Below, in pieces: positions 20,067 to 29,168 of a stretch of DNA of 64,000 nt. The stretch comes from Candidatus Caccoplasma sp. (GTDB taxonomy: Bacteria > Bacteroidota > Bacteroidia > Bacteroidales > G3-4614): contig JAZLBW010000021.1 in assembly GCA_045613905.1 (NCBI GenBank), forward strand, positions 20,316 through 84,315, written 5' to 3'. A program made the position numbers and the translations under genes. The notes under the pieces are model-generated. The model was given only the letters and a program-made list of their open reading frames with translations. It was not told the DNA's origin and made no database searches. Positions within the stretch are counted from its first letter, which is position 1. Every line of letters begins with the position of its first letter.

Positions 20067-22235
20067 ATGAAAAAATTATTGACAATACTAACACTATTTG
20101 CCTCATCTCTATTTTCAGCTTCAGCAACCATAACATTGGAAGATGTAGCATCAAATAAATATAAAGCAACCACAATGCCTAAAGTTGTATCTTCAGCTGA
20201 CGGAAAATATTATGCAGTATCCAATCCTGAAAGAACAATGATATTTAAGTATGAGTATGCTACAGGAAATGTAGTAGATACTCTGTTTAATACTGCTACT
20301 GCTCGTGATTGTAAATTCGATAAATTCGATGGATTTGAAATGAGTCGAGACTTCAGATATATCCTTCTTCATACCGAAAAAGAGAAGATATATCGTCTTT
20401 CATATAAAGCAAAATATTACACAGTGGAGGTAAAACGTAATTTGGTGAAACCTCTTACAAAAGACTCACGAAAACAACAATTGGCAACCCTTTCTCCAAA
20501 TGGTCGTATGGTGGCATTTGTAATGGATGGAGATATTTACCTCAAGAAGTTGGATTACGATTCACAATCAGAGGTAACACGAGGAGCTAAGCAAGATACA
20601 TTGATGTACGGAGTAACATCGTGGGCATATGAGGAGGAGTTTCGATTAGTCAACTCTTTGACATGGTCATCTGATAGTGAAACATTGGCTTTCTTGCGTA
20701 CAAATGAGGGGAATGTAAAGAGTACGTCAATGCAGATATATCAACCAAATAAATCTGCCAATACATACGAAGCTTATCCATCAGAGTATAAATATAAATA
20801 TCCCATTTCAGGAACTGACTGCTCTGTCACAGAAGTCTATACATATACAGTAGAGTCTCGTGTTGTTAAAAAAATGAATGTGCCAGTAGAAGAGGGAGGG
20901 TATATACCTCGCATACTCTTCACTCGCGATTCAACATCACTTGCAGTAATGACTCTTAATCGAGAGCAAAATCTATTGAATGTATATAGTGTAAACCCAA
21001 AATCGGGAGTCTCTAAACTATTGGTAAAAGAGAGTAGTAAAACATGGGTCGATGAAAAGAGTTATAACAATATAATGTTCTTTGATTCATACTTTGTCAT
21101 GCCATCGATGAGAGATGGTAATCGTCACCTATATCAATACTCGGTAAACGGAAAACTTATTCGTCAATTAACGTCCGGTAAATGGGATGTTATTTCGTTC
21201 TTGGGTTCTGATGGTAAAAAGAACTTCTATTATACAGCAAATCCTGAAGGAGCAATATACAGCGGATTGTATAAAGTTGACACAAGTGGAAAGGTAACTA
21301 TGTTGAGCAAAAAAGGGGGATATGTGACGGCTGATGTAAATCCTTCTGCAACTCATGCCATAGTTTCATATTCAAATGTTACAACCCCATATGAGGTAAC
21401 CCTATTGAATACACAATCAGGTAAAACCGTAAAAACTATTGCAGATAACAAGAGTATAAAAGGAGTTAAGTTTACAGAAAAAGAGTTCTTCTCGTTTAAT
21501 AATGATGAGGGAATATCACTTAACGGATATATTTTGAAGCCTCTTGATTTTAATGCAAACAAGAGATATCCTGTAATAATGATGCAATATAGCGGACCTG
21601 GTTCTCAAAGAGTACTAAATCGTTGGGAAGCATTCGATTGGCTTCATTATATGGTAGGTGAAGGATATTTGGTTGTATGTGTTGACCCTCGAGGTACAGG
21701 AGGACGCGGTGAGGAGTTTTCACACTGCATATACCGTAAAATGGGAATATATGAGAGTCAAGACCAAATATCTGCTGCTAAATATATCTCAACACTTCCA
21801 TATGTCGATAAAGACAATATAACTCTTTACGGATGGAGTTTCGGAGGGTACAATACACTAATGGCTATGTCAACAAGTAAAGGTGTGTTTAAAAACGGAG
21901 TTTCTGTGGCTCCTGTTACCGATTGGAATTTCTATGATGCAATATATACCGAACGTTATATGAATACGCCTCAAGCTAATGAAGATGGCTATAAAATAAC
22001 TTCTCCACTGATGAAAGCATCAGATTTAAATGGTAATTTGTTATTAATAACAGGAACAGCAGATGATAATGTGCGTTTTATAAACACGATGCAATATACC
22101 ACTGCGCTAATTCGTGCAGGAAAACAGTTTGATATGCAACTTTATCCCGATTGCAATCACTCTATTTTGGGATATGAAAATCGTTTGCATCTATACACTC
22201 GTATATGTGATTTTATAAAGCGAAACACCAAGTAA
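20067..22235 (+). CDS. Dipeptidyl-peptidase IV (S9B family serine peptidase)
   Basis: Signal peptide, an N-terminal DPPIV beta-propeller region and a C-terminal alpha/beta hydrolase domain. Nucleophile motif GWSFGGY, Asp in GTADDNV and His in DCNHSI. Confidence 0.9.
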   Translation: MKKLLTILTLFASSLFSASATITLEDVASNKYKATTMPKVVSSADGKYYAVSNPERTMIFKYEYATGNVVDTLFNTATARDCKFDKFDGFEMSRDFRYILLHTEKEKIYRLSYKAKYYTVEVKRNLVKPLTKDSRKQQLATLSPNGRMVAFVMDGDIYLKKLDYDSQSEVTRGAKQDTLMYGVTSWAYEEEFRLVNSLTWSSDSETLAFLRTNEGNVKSTSMQIYQPNKSANTYEAYPSEYKYKYPISGTDCSVTEVYTYTVESRVVKKMNVPVEEGGYIPRILFTRDSTSLAVMTLNREQNLLNVYSVNPKSGVSKLLVKESSKTWVDEKSYNNIMFFDSYFVMPSMRDGNRHLYQYSVNGKLIRQLTSGKWDVISFLGSDGKKNFYYTANPEGAIYSGLYKVDTSGKVTMLSKKGGYVTADVNPSATHAIVSYSNVTTPYEVTLLNTQSGKTVKTIADNKSIKGVKFTEKEFFSFNNDEGISLNGYILKPLDFNANKRYPVIMMQYSGPGSQRVLNRWEAFDWLHYMVGEGYLVVCVDPRGTGGRGEEFSHCIYRKMGIYESQDQISAAKYISTLPYVDKDNITLYGWSFGGYNTLMAMSTSKGVFKNGVSVAPVTDWNFYDAIYTERYMNTPQANEDGYKITSPLMKASDLNGNLLLITGTADDNVRFINTMQYTTALIRAGKQFDMQLYPDCNHSILGYENRLHLYTRICDFIKRNTK

Positions 22236-22288
22236 TTAGCTTGTTAATAATATTCTTTAAAAACAATAACTTAAATCATAGCTTTTAA

Positions 22289-22807
22289 ATGATAGGAATA
22301 AAGGATGATAGTTTGTTGGCATTGGTTGATGACAAAAATACTGTTATAGGATCTGTCTCATTTTCTGAGTATAAAAAGAATCCAAGTAAATACAGAGTGT
22401 TATTTATAAGAGTGCTTCTTCTTTCAGAAGAGAAAGAGTTCATATTATCTACAGACTCTTTCTTTGAAGAAGGCATGTATGATACTCCTTATTGTACAAT
22501 TTTGAAACACAAAGAGGTTTATGAAACTGCGGTTGAACGTCTGAGAAAAGCCTTGCCTTCTGTTGATTTGCATTTCCTTATGCAATATTGTAAAAAGAAT
22601 GAAAAGTACAATTTTGCAGTTTGCTTCTATTTCGCTCAACAAAAAGTAGAGGAGATAAAAAAAACTCAGGAGAGAGTAGTGTTATATCCATCAGAGATTG
22701 GTACAGATGATGTAATGGGAAATGCTATTCTCTTTGAGGAGGTAAATTTTATAAAAACACATATAATTCCGAATTTGAATTTAGATATTAACGGAAATAA
22801 AGCTTAA
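22289..22807 (+). CDS. Hypothetical protein, possibly a degenerate Nudix/IDI-like fold
   Basis: 172-aa ORF ending 7 nt before miaA. LALVDDKNTVIGSV...RVLFIRVLLLSEEKEFIL resembles the N-terminal strands of Nudix/IPP-isomerase proteins, but the Nudix box is not intact (KHKEVYETAVERLRKAL). Confidence 0.5.
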   Translation: MIGIKDDSLLALVDDKNTVIGSVSFSEYKKNPSKYRVLFIRVLLLSEEKEFILSTDSFFEEGMYDTPYCTILKHKEVYETAVERLRKALPSVDLHFLMQYCKKNEKYNFAVCFYFAQQKVEEIKKTQERVVLYPSEIGTDDVMGNAILFEEVNFIKTHIIPNLNLDINGNKA

Positions 22808-22814
22808 TCATACA

Positions 22815-23729
22815 ATGACAAAACCAATAACCATAATAGGGGTAACTGCATCCGGAAAAACATCGTTGGCAGTAAAGTTGGCGTACGAAACAGGGGGAGA
22901 AATAATCTCTGCCGATTCGCGTCAAATATATCGCCGTATGGATTTGGGAACAGGAAAAGATATAAGCGAATATACATACGATGGAACACCAATACCATAT
23001 CATCTTATAGATATCTGTGAACCTGGATATAAATATAACTTATACCAATACAAACGCGATTTTACCACAGCATTAAATGATATTCAAACGCGTGGTAAGA
23101 TGCCGGTAATTTGTGGAGGAACAGGACTCTATGTAGAAACCGTATTAAAGGGTTATGCAATGCCTGAAGTGCCTGAAAACCGCGAATTAAGAGATTCACT
23201 TGCCGATAAAACATTGGATGAGTTAACTGCAATATTGACACAATACAAAACACTGCATAATACAACCGATGTTGATAGTTGCAAACGAGCTATAAGGGCA
23301 ATAGAGATAGCCGAGTACTATAAAACATTACCACAACCGGAGTTGGAAGATAAACCTCTTGATGCATTGCTTGTGGCTATAGATATTGATAGAGAAACTC
23401 GTCGAGCAAATATCACAAAACGTTTACATGAGAGATTAAATCAAGGAATGGTTGCCGAGGTGGAAGCATTGTTAAATGAAGGAATTGCGCCTGATGATTT
23501 AATCTATTATGGATTAGAATATAAATACTTAACAGAATATGTCATTGGAAAAACAACATATGATGAGATGGTCTCCGGATTAGAGATTGCCATACATCAG
23601 TTTGCTAAGCGTCAAATGACATGGTTTAGAGGTATGGAACGTCGTGGATTTAAAATAAATTGGATTGACTACAACCTTTCAACCTCTGATAAGGTTTCTA
23701 AAATATTAGAATTATATAAGAGTTGTTAG
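22815..23729 (+). CDS. miaA: tRNA dimethylallyltransferase
   Basis: P-loop GVTASGKTS, plus ADSRQIYR and GGTGLY motifs. The 304-aa length is typical of MiaA. Confidence 0.93.
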   Translation: MTKPITIIGVTASGKTSLAVKLAYETGGEIISADSRQIYRRMDLGTGKDISEYTYDGTPIPYHLIDICEPGYKYNLYQYKRDFTTALNDIQTRGKMPVICGGTGLYVETVLKGYAMPEVPENRELRDSLADKTLDELTAILTQYKTLHNTTDVDSCKRAIRAIEIAEYYKTLPQPELEDKPLDALLVAIDIDRETRRANITKRLHERLNQGMVAEVEALLNEGIAPDDLIYYGLEYKYLTEYVIGKTTYDEMVSGLEIAIHQFAKRQMTWFRGMERRGFKINWIDYNLSTSDKVSKILELYKSC

Positions 23730-23746
23730 TTGTTAGTTGTTAGTTG
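23723..23746. repeat. TTGTTAG heptamer tandem array (3.5 units) starting at the miaA stop codon
   Basis: TTGTTAG occurs at 23723-29, 23730-36 and 23737-43, followed by a partial TTG. A degenerate copy lies at 23826-23839 next to the ygiQ stop. The same heptamer appears twice just downstream of the lon stop (reverse complement at 1274-1280 and 1295-1301). Confidence 0.7.
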
Positions 23747-23844
23747 AGGGACATACGTTCCTTGAACCCGCTCGCGCTCGGCATAGTTTATGCAAGCATA
23801 ACTTTGCTCTCACTTACTCGTAGCTTTGTTAGTTGTTGCAGTGC

Positions 23845-25704
23845 CTATTTCCTTCCTTTAGTTGGTTTATTTGGTTTGGCTCCAAGTAGTTTGTCCGCCA
23901 AATCTTCTCTGCCAATACGTTTAAGAGTGGCTCTTATGTTGCTTTTGTTTTCGGGTTTATACCAGAAGAAAAACTCTCTTTGAGCAAGTTTGTCATTTTT
24001 ATTTTTAGCAGTATAAACCTCTTCTCCCGTATATGGATTAATTCCGGTATAGAAAATTTCTGTAGAAAGCGTCATGGGCGTGGGAGTAAAATCTTGAACC
24101 TGTTCAAGTTTAAAATCCAATCCTTTTGTAATGACGGCAAGCTCAGCCATGTCAACCAATGAACATCCGGGATGACTAGATATAAAGTAAGGTATTAGTT
24201 GTTGGTTAAGACCATATTTTTGATTGGTCTTATCAAAAACCTTTCTAAACTCTCCAAACATCGAGAAAGAGGGTTTGCGCATAATATTCAATACTTTATC
24301 AGATGTGTGTTCAGGGGCAACTTTAAGCCTTCCCGAAACATGTTTGCTTATTACCTCTTCGGTATATTTTTTTGCAGCTACGTTCATATTCTCATCGTCA
24401 AAACGTTGCATAAGCATGTCGTATCTTATTCCGCTACCAATAAAACTCTTTTTTATTCCCTTAATGGCATCTACTTTTTTGTACAAATCGATAAGGTGTG
24501 AATGGTCGCATTTTAAATTTTTACACATCTTAGGGTGTAAACACGATGGGCGTTTACACTTTTTGCACATCTCTTTGTTCTTACCTCCCATCTTATACAT
24601 ATTGGCTGAAGGACCACCCAAATCAGATAGGTATCCTTTGAAATCCTGCATAAAGGTAAGTTTCTTTACCTCTTCTAAAATAGAACGCTCCGAACGAGAT
24701 GTAATATGTTTTCCTTGGTGGGCGGCAATAGCGCAAAAGGCACAACCTCCAAAACAACCTCTATGCAGATTAACCGAGAATTTTATCATCTCATATGCCG
24801 AAAGGCTTTTTCCTGCATATTTAGGATGGGGGAGTCGTGTGTATGGTAAATCAAATGACGCATCAATCTCCTCTTCGCTCATTGGCTCAAAAGGAGGATT
24901 TACTTTAACTGTGCACTCATTATACTCTTGCCAAAGAGTAATATCTGTTACTCTGTTGCTCTCCTCGTCTATGATTCTAAAGTTTTCAGCATCTTTGCGC
25001 TTATCCTTTAAGCATCTTTCGTATGAATGTAGCGTAATATTTTTTTCGTCGTTTTTAGCAGCATTTGTATCGCATATTACAGCAGTTTGAGGAATATCTT
25101 TAAGCTCCGAAACTTTTTTACCATTAGCCAACTCATGGGCAATGGCTTTAACAGGTTTTTCCCCCATTCCATAAACCAATATATCAGCTTTGCTGTCTAT
25201 TAAGATACTCTTTCTAAAAGAGTCTTGCCAATAGTCGTAGTGAGCCAATCTTCTCATCGATGCCTCTATGCCTCCAATGACAACAGGAGTGTCGGGGAAA
25301 ATATCCTTTAGAATGTTGCTATAAACAATAGTAGGGTAGTCGGGACGCATTCCGGCTTTGCCATCGGGTGTATATGCATCGTCGCTTCTTAATCTTTTAT
25401 TTGCAGTGTAGTGGTTTACCATAGAGTCCATGGCACCTGCCGAAACACTAAAAAAGAGACGAGGTTTACCAAGTTTTTTGAAATCACGCAAATCGTCTCT
25501 CCAGTTAGGTTGTGGAACAATTGCCACACGCAAACCTTCCGCTTCAAGAGTTCTACCAATAACAGCGGCACCAAACGAAGGGTGATCGACATATGCATCT
25601 CCGGTAAAGATAATAACGTCAACATAGTCCCATCCACGAATTTCCATCTCCTTTTTAGTGGTAGGTAACCATAATTTCAAGTCGGGTTTGTTGTTAGGTG
25701 CCAT
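23845..25704 (-). CDS. ygiQ: YgiQ family radical SAM protein (UPF0313)
   Basis: 619 aa with a characteristic N-terminus (WLPTTKKEMEIRGWDYVDVIIFTGDAYVDHPSFG) and the radical SAM cluster motif CFGGCAFC. Confidence 0.9.
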   Translation of the reverse strand: MAPNNKPDLKLWLPTTKKEMEIRGWDYVDVIIFTGDAYVDHPSFGAAVIGRTLEAEGLRVAIVPQPNWRDDLRDFKKLGKPRLFFSVSAGAMDSMVNHYTANKRLRSDDAYTPDGKAGMRPDYPTIVYSNILKDIFPDTPVVIGGIEASMRRLAHYDYWQDSFRKSILIDSKADILVYGMGEKPVKAIAHELANGKKVSELKDIPQTAVICDTNAAKNDEKNITLHSYERCLKDKRKDAENFRIIDEESNRVTDITLWQEYNECTVKVNPPFEPMSEEEIDASFDLPYTRLPHPKYAGKSLSAYEMIKFSVNLHRGCFGGCAFCAIAAHQGKHITSRSERSILEEVKKLTFMQDFKGYLSDLGGPSANMYKMGGKNKEMCKKCKRPSCLHPKMCKNLKCDHSHLIDLYKKVDAIKGIKKSFIGSGIRYDMLMQRFDDENMNVAAKKYTEEVISKHVSGRLKVAPEHTSDKVLNIMRKPSFSMFGEFRKVFDKTNQKYGLNQQLIPYFISSHPGCSLVDMAELAVITKGLDFKLEQVQDFTPTPMTLSTEIFYTGINPYTGEEVYTAKNKNDKLAQREFFFWYKPENKSNIRATLKRIGREDLADKLLGAKPNKPTKGRK

Positions 25705-25705
25705 T

Positions 25706-27742
25706 TTATAAATCTCCGAATTTCTCTTTATATAAATCTTCCAATTTCAATAATTCATCTCTCAAACGTGCAGCCTCAATAAATTCCAAATCTTTTGCGG
25801 CTTTACCCATGGCAACACGACACTTTTCAATAGAGGCTTTCATGGAATCCCTGTCCATGTATGCAACTACAGGGTCTGCCGCAACATTAACCTCATAGTC
25901 AAACTCCTTGCTATATTGTATCGTTTCATTCTTTAGTTTAGAAGAGCCGTTGCCTGTCAATAAAGTAGTTTGTGACTTTTTAATGGCTTGTGGAGTAATA
26001 CCATGCTCTTCGTTGTATTTCATCTGTTTTGCTCTGCGCCTATTGGTTTCGTCAATAGTCTTTTTCATGCTTGGGGTAATCTTGTCTGCATACATAATTA
26101 CAGTACCATTAAGATTACGAGCAACCCTTCCTGCAGTTTGAGTCAGCGAACGTTCGTTACGCAAAAATCCCTCTTTATCAGCGTCCAAAATAACCATAAG
26201 AGAGACTTCCGGTAGGTCCAAACCTTCCCTTAAAAGGTTTACACCAATCAAAACATCGTAGGCTCCATTTCTTAATCCTGCTAAAATTTCAACTCTATCA
26301 AATGTTTCAATATCAGAGTGGATATAGTTACTCCGTATGCCCAAACGTAAAAGATACGAGTTTAATTCCTCTGCCATCTTTTTTGTCAAGGTGGTAACCA
26401 TAACCCTTTCATCTCGTTCAATGCGAACCTGAATCTCCTCCAATAAATCATCAATCTGATTCAAACTTGGTCTTACCTCTATAATAGGGTCTAAAAGACC
26501 TGTAGGTCTAATAATTTGTTCAATAACAACGCCTTCCGATTTCTCTAACTCATAGTCGGCAGGTGTTGCGCTTACATATATGGTTTGAGGAGTCAATGCC
26601 TCAAATTCGTTAAATTTCAGAGGTCTGTTATCGATAGCTGCAGGTAGTCTGAAACCATACTCAACCAAGTTTAATTTACGAGAGTGGTCACCTCCGTACA
26701 TACCTCTGATTTGAGGAACTGTAACGTGACTTTCATCAATTATAAGCAAAAAATCTTTTGGAAAATAATCAAGTAGGCAGAAAGGTCGCGAACCCTCTTC
26801 TCTGCCGTCAAAATATCTTGAATAGTTCTCAATTCCCGAACAGTATCCAATCTCCTTAATCATCTCCATGTCGTACGAAACACGTTCGTATATTCTCTTG
26901 GCTTCAGCCTCTTTGCCAACACTGTTAAAGAAGACCACCTGTTTGCTTAAATCCACATCAATTTGAGCAAGAGCATTATCAATGCGCTCCTTTGATGTAA
27001 CAAACAGATTTGCAGGGTAAATATTGAAAGAAGAGAAGCTTCCTGTTGCGCTACCCGAGATGGGGTCTATTGTCTCAATAGAGTCAATTTCATCACCCCA
27101 AAACATTACGCGCAAAATTATGTTATCGTATGCTAAATATATATCAACCGTATCACCTTTCACTCTAAAAGTGCCTCGAACAACTTCTGTTTCATTGCGA
27201 GAGTACAGAGCTTCAACCAACATCCTCAAAAAGTCGTTGCGCTCCATTTTGTCTCCACAATTTATGTGTAGAAGGTTGCTGTTGAAATCTTGAGGATTCC
27301 CAATACCATACAGGCAAGAAACCGATGATACAACCACAATATCACGTCTTCCCGAAAGAAGAGCAGATGTGGTTGATAATCTCAATCTGTCAATCTCTTC
27401 ATTAATAGCAAGGTCTTTTTCTATGTATAGGTCAGAGCTTGGGATGTAAGCCTCTGGTTGATAATAGTCGTAATACGATACGAAATACTCAACAGCATTA
27501 TCGGGGAAGAAGCCCTTAAACTCGTTGTACAATTGAGCTGCAAGAGTTTTGTTGTGGCTTAATATCAGAGTAGGCTTTTTTACCCTCTCTATAACATTGG
27601 CCATGGTAAAAGTTTTACCCGAACCGGTAACACCCAACAAGGTCTGAGCAGGTAGTCCCTGTTCAACACCATTAACCAACTCTTTAATAGCTTCCGGTTG
27701 GTCTCCTGTGGGCTTAAAATCCGATTTGAGAATAAAATCCAT
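25706..27742 (-). CDS. uvrB: Excinuclease ABC subunit B
   Basis: Walker A GVTGSGKT, YYDYYQPEAY, helicase motifs and a C-terminal UVR domain (EFIEAARLRDELLKL). ATG at 27740-27742 (MDFILKSDFKPTGDQ) is preferred. The stop is 1 nt from the ygiQ start. Confidence 0.96.
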   Translation of the reverse strand: MDFILKSDFKPTGDQPEAIKELVNGVEQGLPAQTLLGVTGSGKTFTMANVIERVKKPTLILSHNKTLAAQLYNEFKGFFPDNAVEYFVSYYDYYQPEAYIPSSDLYIEKDLAINEEIDRLRLSTTSALLSGRRDIVVVSSVSCLYGIGNPQDFNSNLLHINCGDKMERNDFLRMLVEALYSRNETEVVRGTFRVKGDTVDIYLAYDNIILRVMFWGDEIDSIETIDPISGSATGSFSSFNIYPANLFVTSKERIDNALAQIDVDLSKQVVFFNSVGKEAEAKRIYERVSYDMEMIKEIGYCSGIENYSRYFDGREEGSRPFCLLDYFPKDFLLIIDESHVTVPQIRGMYGGDHSRKLNLVEYGFRLPAAIDNRPLKFNEFEALTPQTIYVSATPADYELEKSEGVVIEQIIRPTGLLDPIIEVRPSLNQIDDLLEEIQVRIERDERVMVTTLTKKMAEELNSYLLRLGIRSNYIHSDIETFDRVEILAGLRNGAYDVLIGVNLLREGLDLPEVSLMVILDADKEGFLRNERSLTQTAGRVARNLNGTVIMYADKITPSMKKTIDETNRRRAKQMKYNEEHGITPQAIKKSQTTLLTGNGSSKLKNETIQYSKEFDYEVNVAADPVVAYMDRDSMKASIEKCRVAMGKAAKDLEFIEAARLRDELLKLEDLYKEKFGDL

Positions 27743-27893
27743 ATGAAAATTTCGAACAACAAAGATACAAATATTGGTATATACCAAAAAGCAAAACTCT
27801 ATTAAAAAAGTATTGTTTATAATTTAGAAACAAAATAAGCGACAAAAATGCATAAAAACGCATTTCTCATTTCGTAATTAGGCTATTTTTTTG

Positions 27894-27901
27894 TAAATTT
27901 G
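27894..27901 (+). promoter_or_regulatory. -7 promoter box TAaaTTTG upstream of bamD
   Basis: TAAATTTG lies 10 nt upstream of the ATG at 27911 and overlaps the TTG start used by the track ORF, which favours the ATG at 27911. Confidence 0.4.
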
Positions 27902-27910
27902 CATCGAATT

Positions 27911-28720
27911 ATGTCTAAAATAGCAAAAATATTATCAGTTGTAGCAATTTGCTTTGTGGTTGCATCGTGTAACGAGTACAATAAATTGTTGAAAAGTACC
28001 GATTACGAGTTGCGATATGAGTATGCAAAAACATACTTTGAACAAGGTAAGTATGCTCGTACATACAACTTGCTTAAAGATGTGATAACCCTCTATAAAG
28101 GAACCGATAAAGCAGAGGAGTCTTTGTATCTGTTGGCGCGTAGTGCCTTTATGCAAAAAGATTATACGGCATCGGGGGCATATTTTGAGGCGTATTACAG
28201 AAATTATCCTCGTGGAGAGTATGCCGAGTTGGCTCGATACTACACAGGAATAGGTTATTCAAAAGCATCACCTGAGCCTAAGTTGGATCAGACAGATACA
28301 TACAAGGCAATAGATGAATTAAAGGATTTCCTTGACTACTATCCCAAAAGTGATAAAGCAGAGGAGGTTCAAAATCTGATTGTCGAACTTCAAGAGAAGT
28401 TAGCAGAGAAAGAGTTGTTGACAGTAAAGCTCTATTATGATTTGGGTGATTACAGAGGAAACAATTACCAATCAGCCATAATTACAGCAAACAATGCCAT
28501 AATGGACTACCCTTATACAAAATATAAGGAGGATTTGGTAATGTACATATTGCGTTCGCGTTACCAAGAGGCACAACAAAGTGTACTTGAAAAAAAGAAA
28601 GAACGTTTCAGAGGAGTAATAGATGAATATTACAACTATACAAATGAGTTCCCTGAGGGAAAATATTTAAAAGAGGCGGATAAAATATTAAAAACAGCAC
28701 AAAAATACGTAAACGATTAA
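27911..28720 (+). CDS. bamD: Outer membrane protein assembly factor BamD
   Basis: Lipobox VVASC and TPR-like repeats. The bamD-rpoZ synteny is conserved in Bacteroidota. Confidence 0.85.
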   Translation: MSKIAKILSVVAICFVVASCNEYNKLLKSTDYELRYEYAKTYFEQGKYARTYNLLKDVITLYKGTDKAEESLYLLARSAFMQKDYTASGAYFEAYYRNYPRGEYAELARYYTGIGYSKASPEPKLDQTDTYKAIDELKDFLDYYPKSDKAEEVQNLIVELQEKLAEKELLTVKLYYDLGDYRGNNYQSAIITANNAIMDYPYTKYKEDLVMYILRSRYQEAQQSVLEKKKERFRGVIDEYYNYTNEFPEGKYLKEADKILKTAQKYVND

Positions 28721-28732
28721 CATAAATAAGAT

Positions 28733-29077
28733 ATGGATTACAAGAAAGCAAATGTTCCTACTTCAACCGTAACAAGAGATATCATCGAGTTGAGTAAAGA
28801 CACAGAAAACATTTATGAAACAGTAGCAATTATCTCTAAAAGAGCAAATCAAATTGCTGCCGAAATGAAAACTGATTTGGAGAAAAAGTTGCAAGACTAT
28901 GCATCTTCAGCTCAAGACACATCATTGGAAGAGGTATTTGAAAATCGTGAGCAAATTGAGATTTCAAAATACTATGAGCGTATGCCAAAACCAACGTTGA
29001 TTGCAACTGAGGAGTATAAAGCAGGCGAAGTATATTTCCGCAATGCTGATGAGGAGATGTCTCTAAAGAAAGATTAA
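28733..29077 (+). CDS. rpoZ: DNA-directed RNA polymerase subunit omega (Bacteroidota long form)
   Basis: NIYETVAIISKRANQIAAE matches the omega/Rpb6 core motif (NRYELV..A.KRARQ). It sits immediately after bamD, as in other Bacteroidota. Confidence 0.7.
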   Translation: MDYKKANVPTSTVTRDIIELSKDTENIYETVAIISKRANQIAAEMKTDLEKKLQDYASSAQDTSLEEVFENREQIEISKYYERMPKPTLIATEEYKAGEVYFRNADEEMSLKKD

Positions 29078-29115
29078 TAACAGCGTAAAAGATATTATAA
29101 ATAATTTCTAATATT

Positions 29116-29158
29116 GGAGTTGAATAAAAATTTTTTTACTCAACTCCTTATTGCTTTT
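29116..29158 (+). terminator. Terminator or attenuating hairpin after rpoZ
   Basis: GGAGTTGA (29116-29123) pairs with TCAACTCC (29140-29147), followed by TTATTGCTTTT. Confidence 0.5.
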
Positions 29159-29168
29159 AAATAAGACT

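Noticed and set aside
23723-23746. The short tandem repeat as a possible CRISPR or minisatellite locus.
   Set aside because: It is only 3.5 units of 7 bp with no spacers and no cas genes, so it is not a CRISPR array. It is reported instead as a heptamer stop-codon array.
23744-23983. A 79-aa + strand ORF spanning the miaA/ygiQ spacer and the ygiQ 3' end.
   Set aside because: It overlaps the well-supported ygiQ gene in antisense and starts inside the heptamer/GC-island spacer. It has no supporting features.
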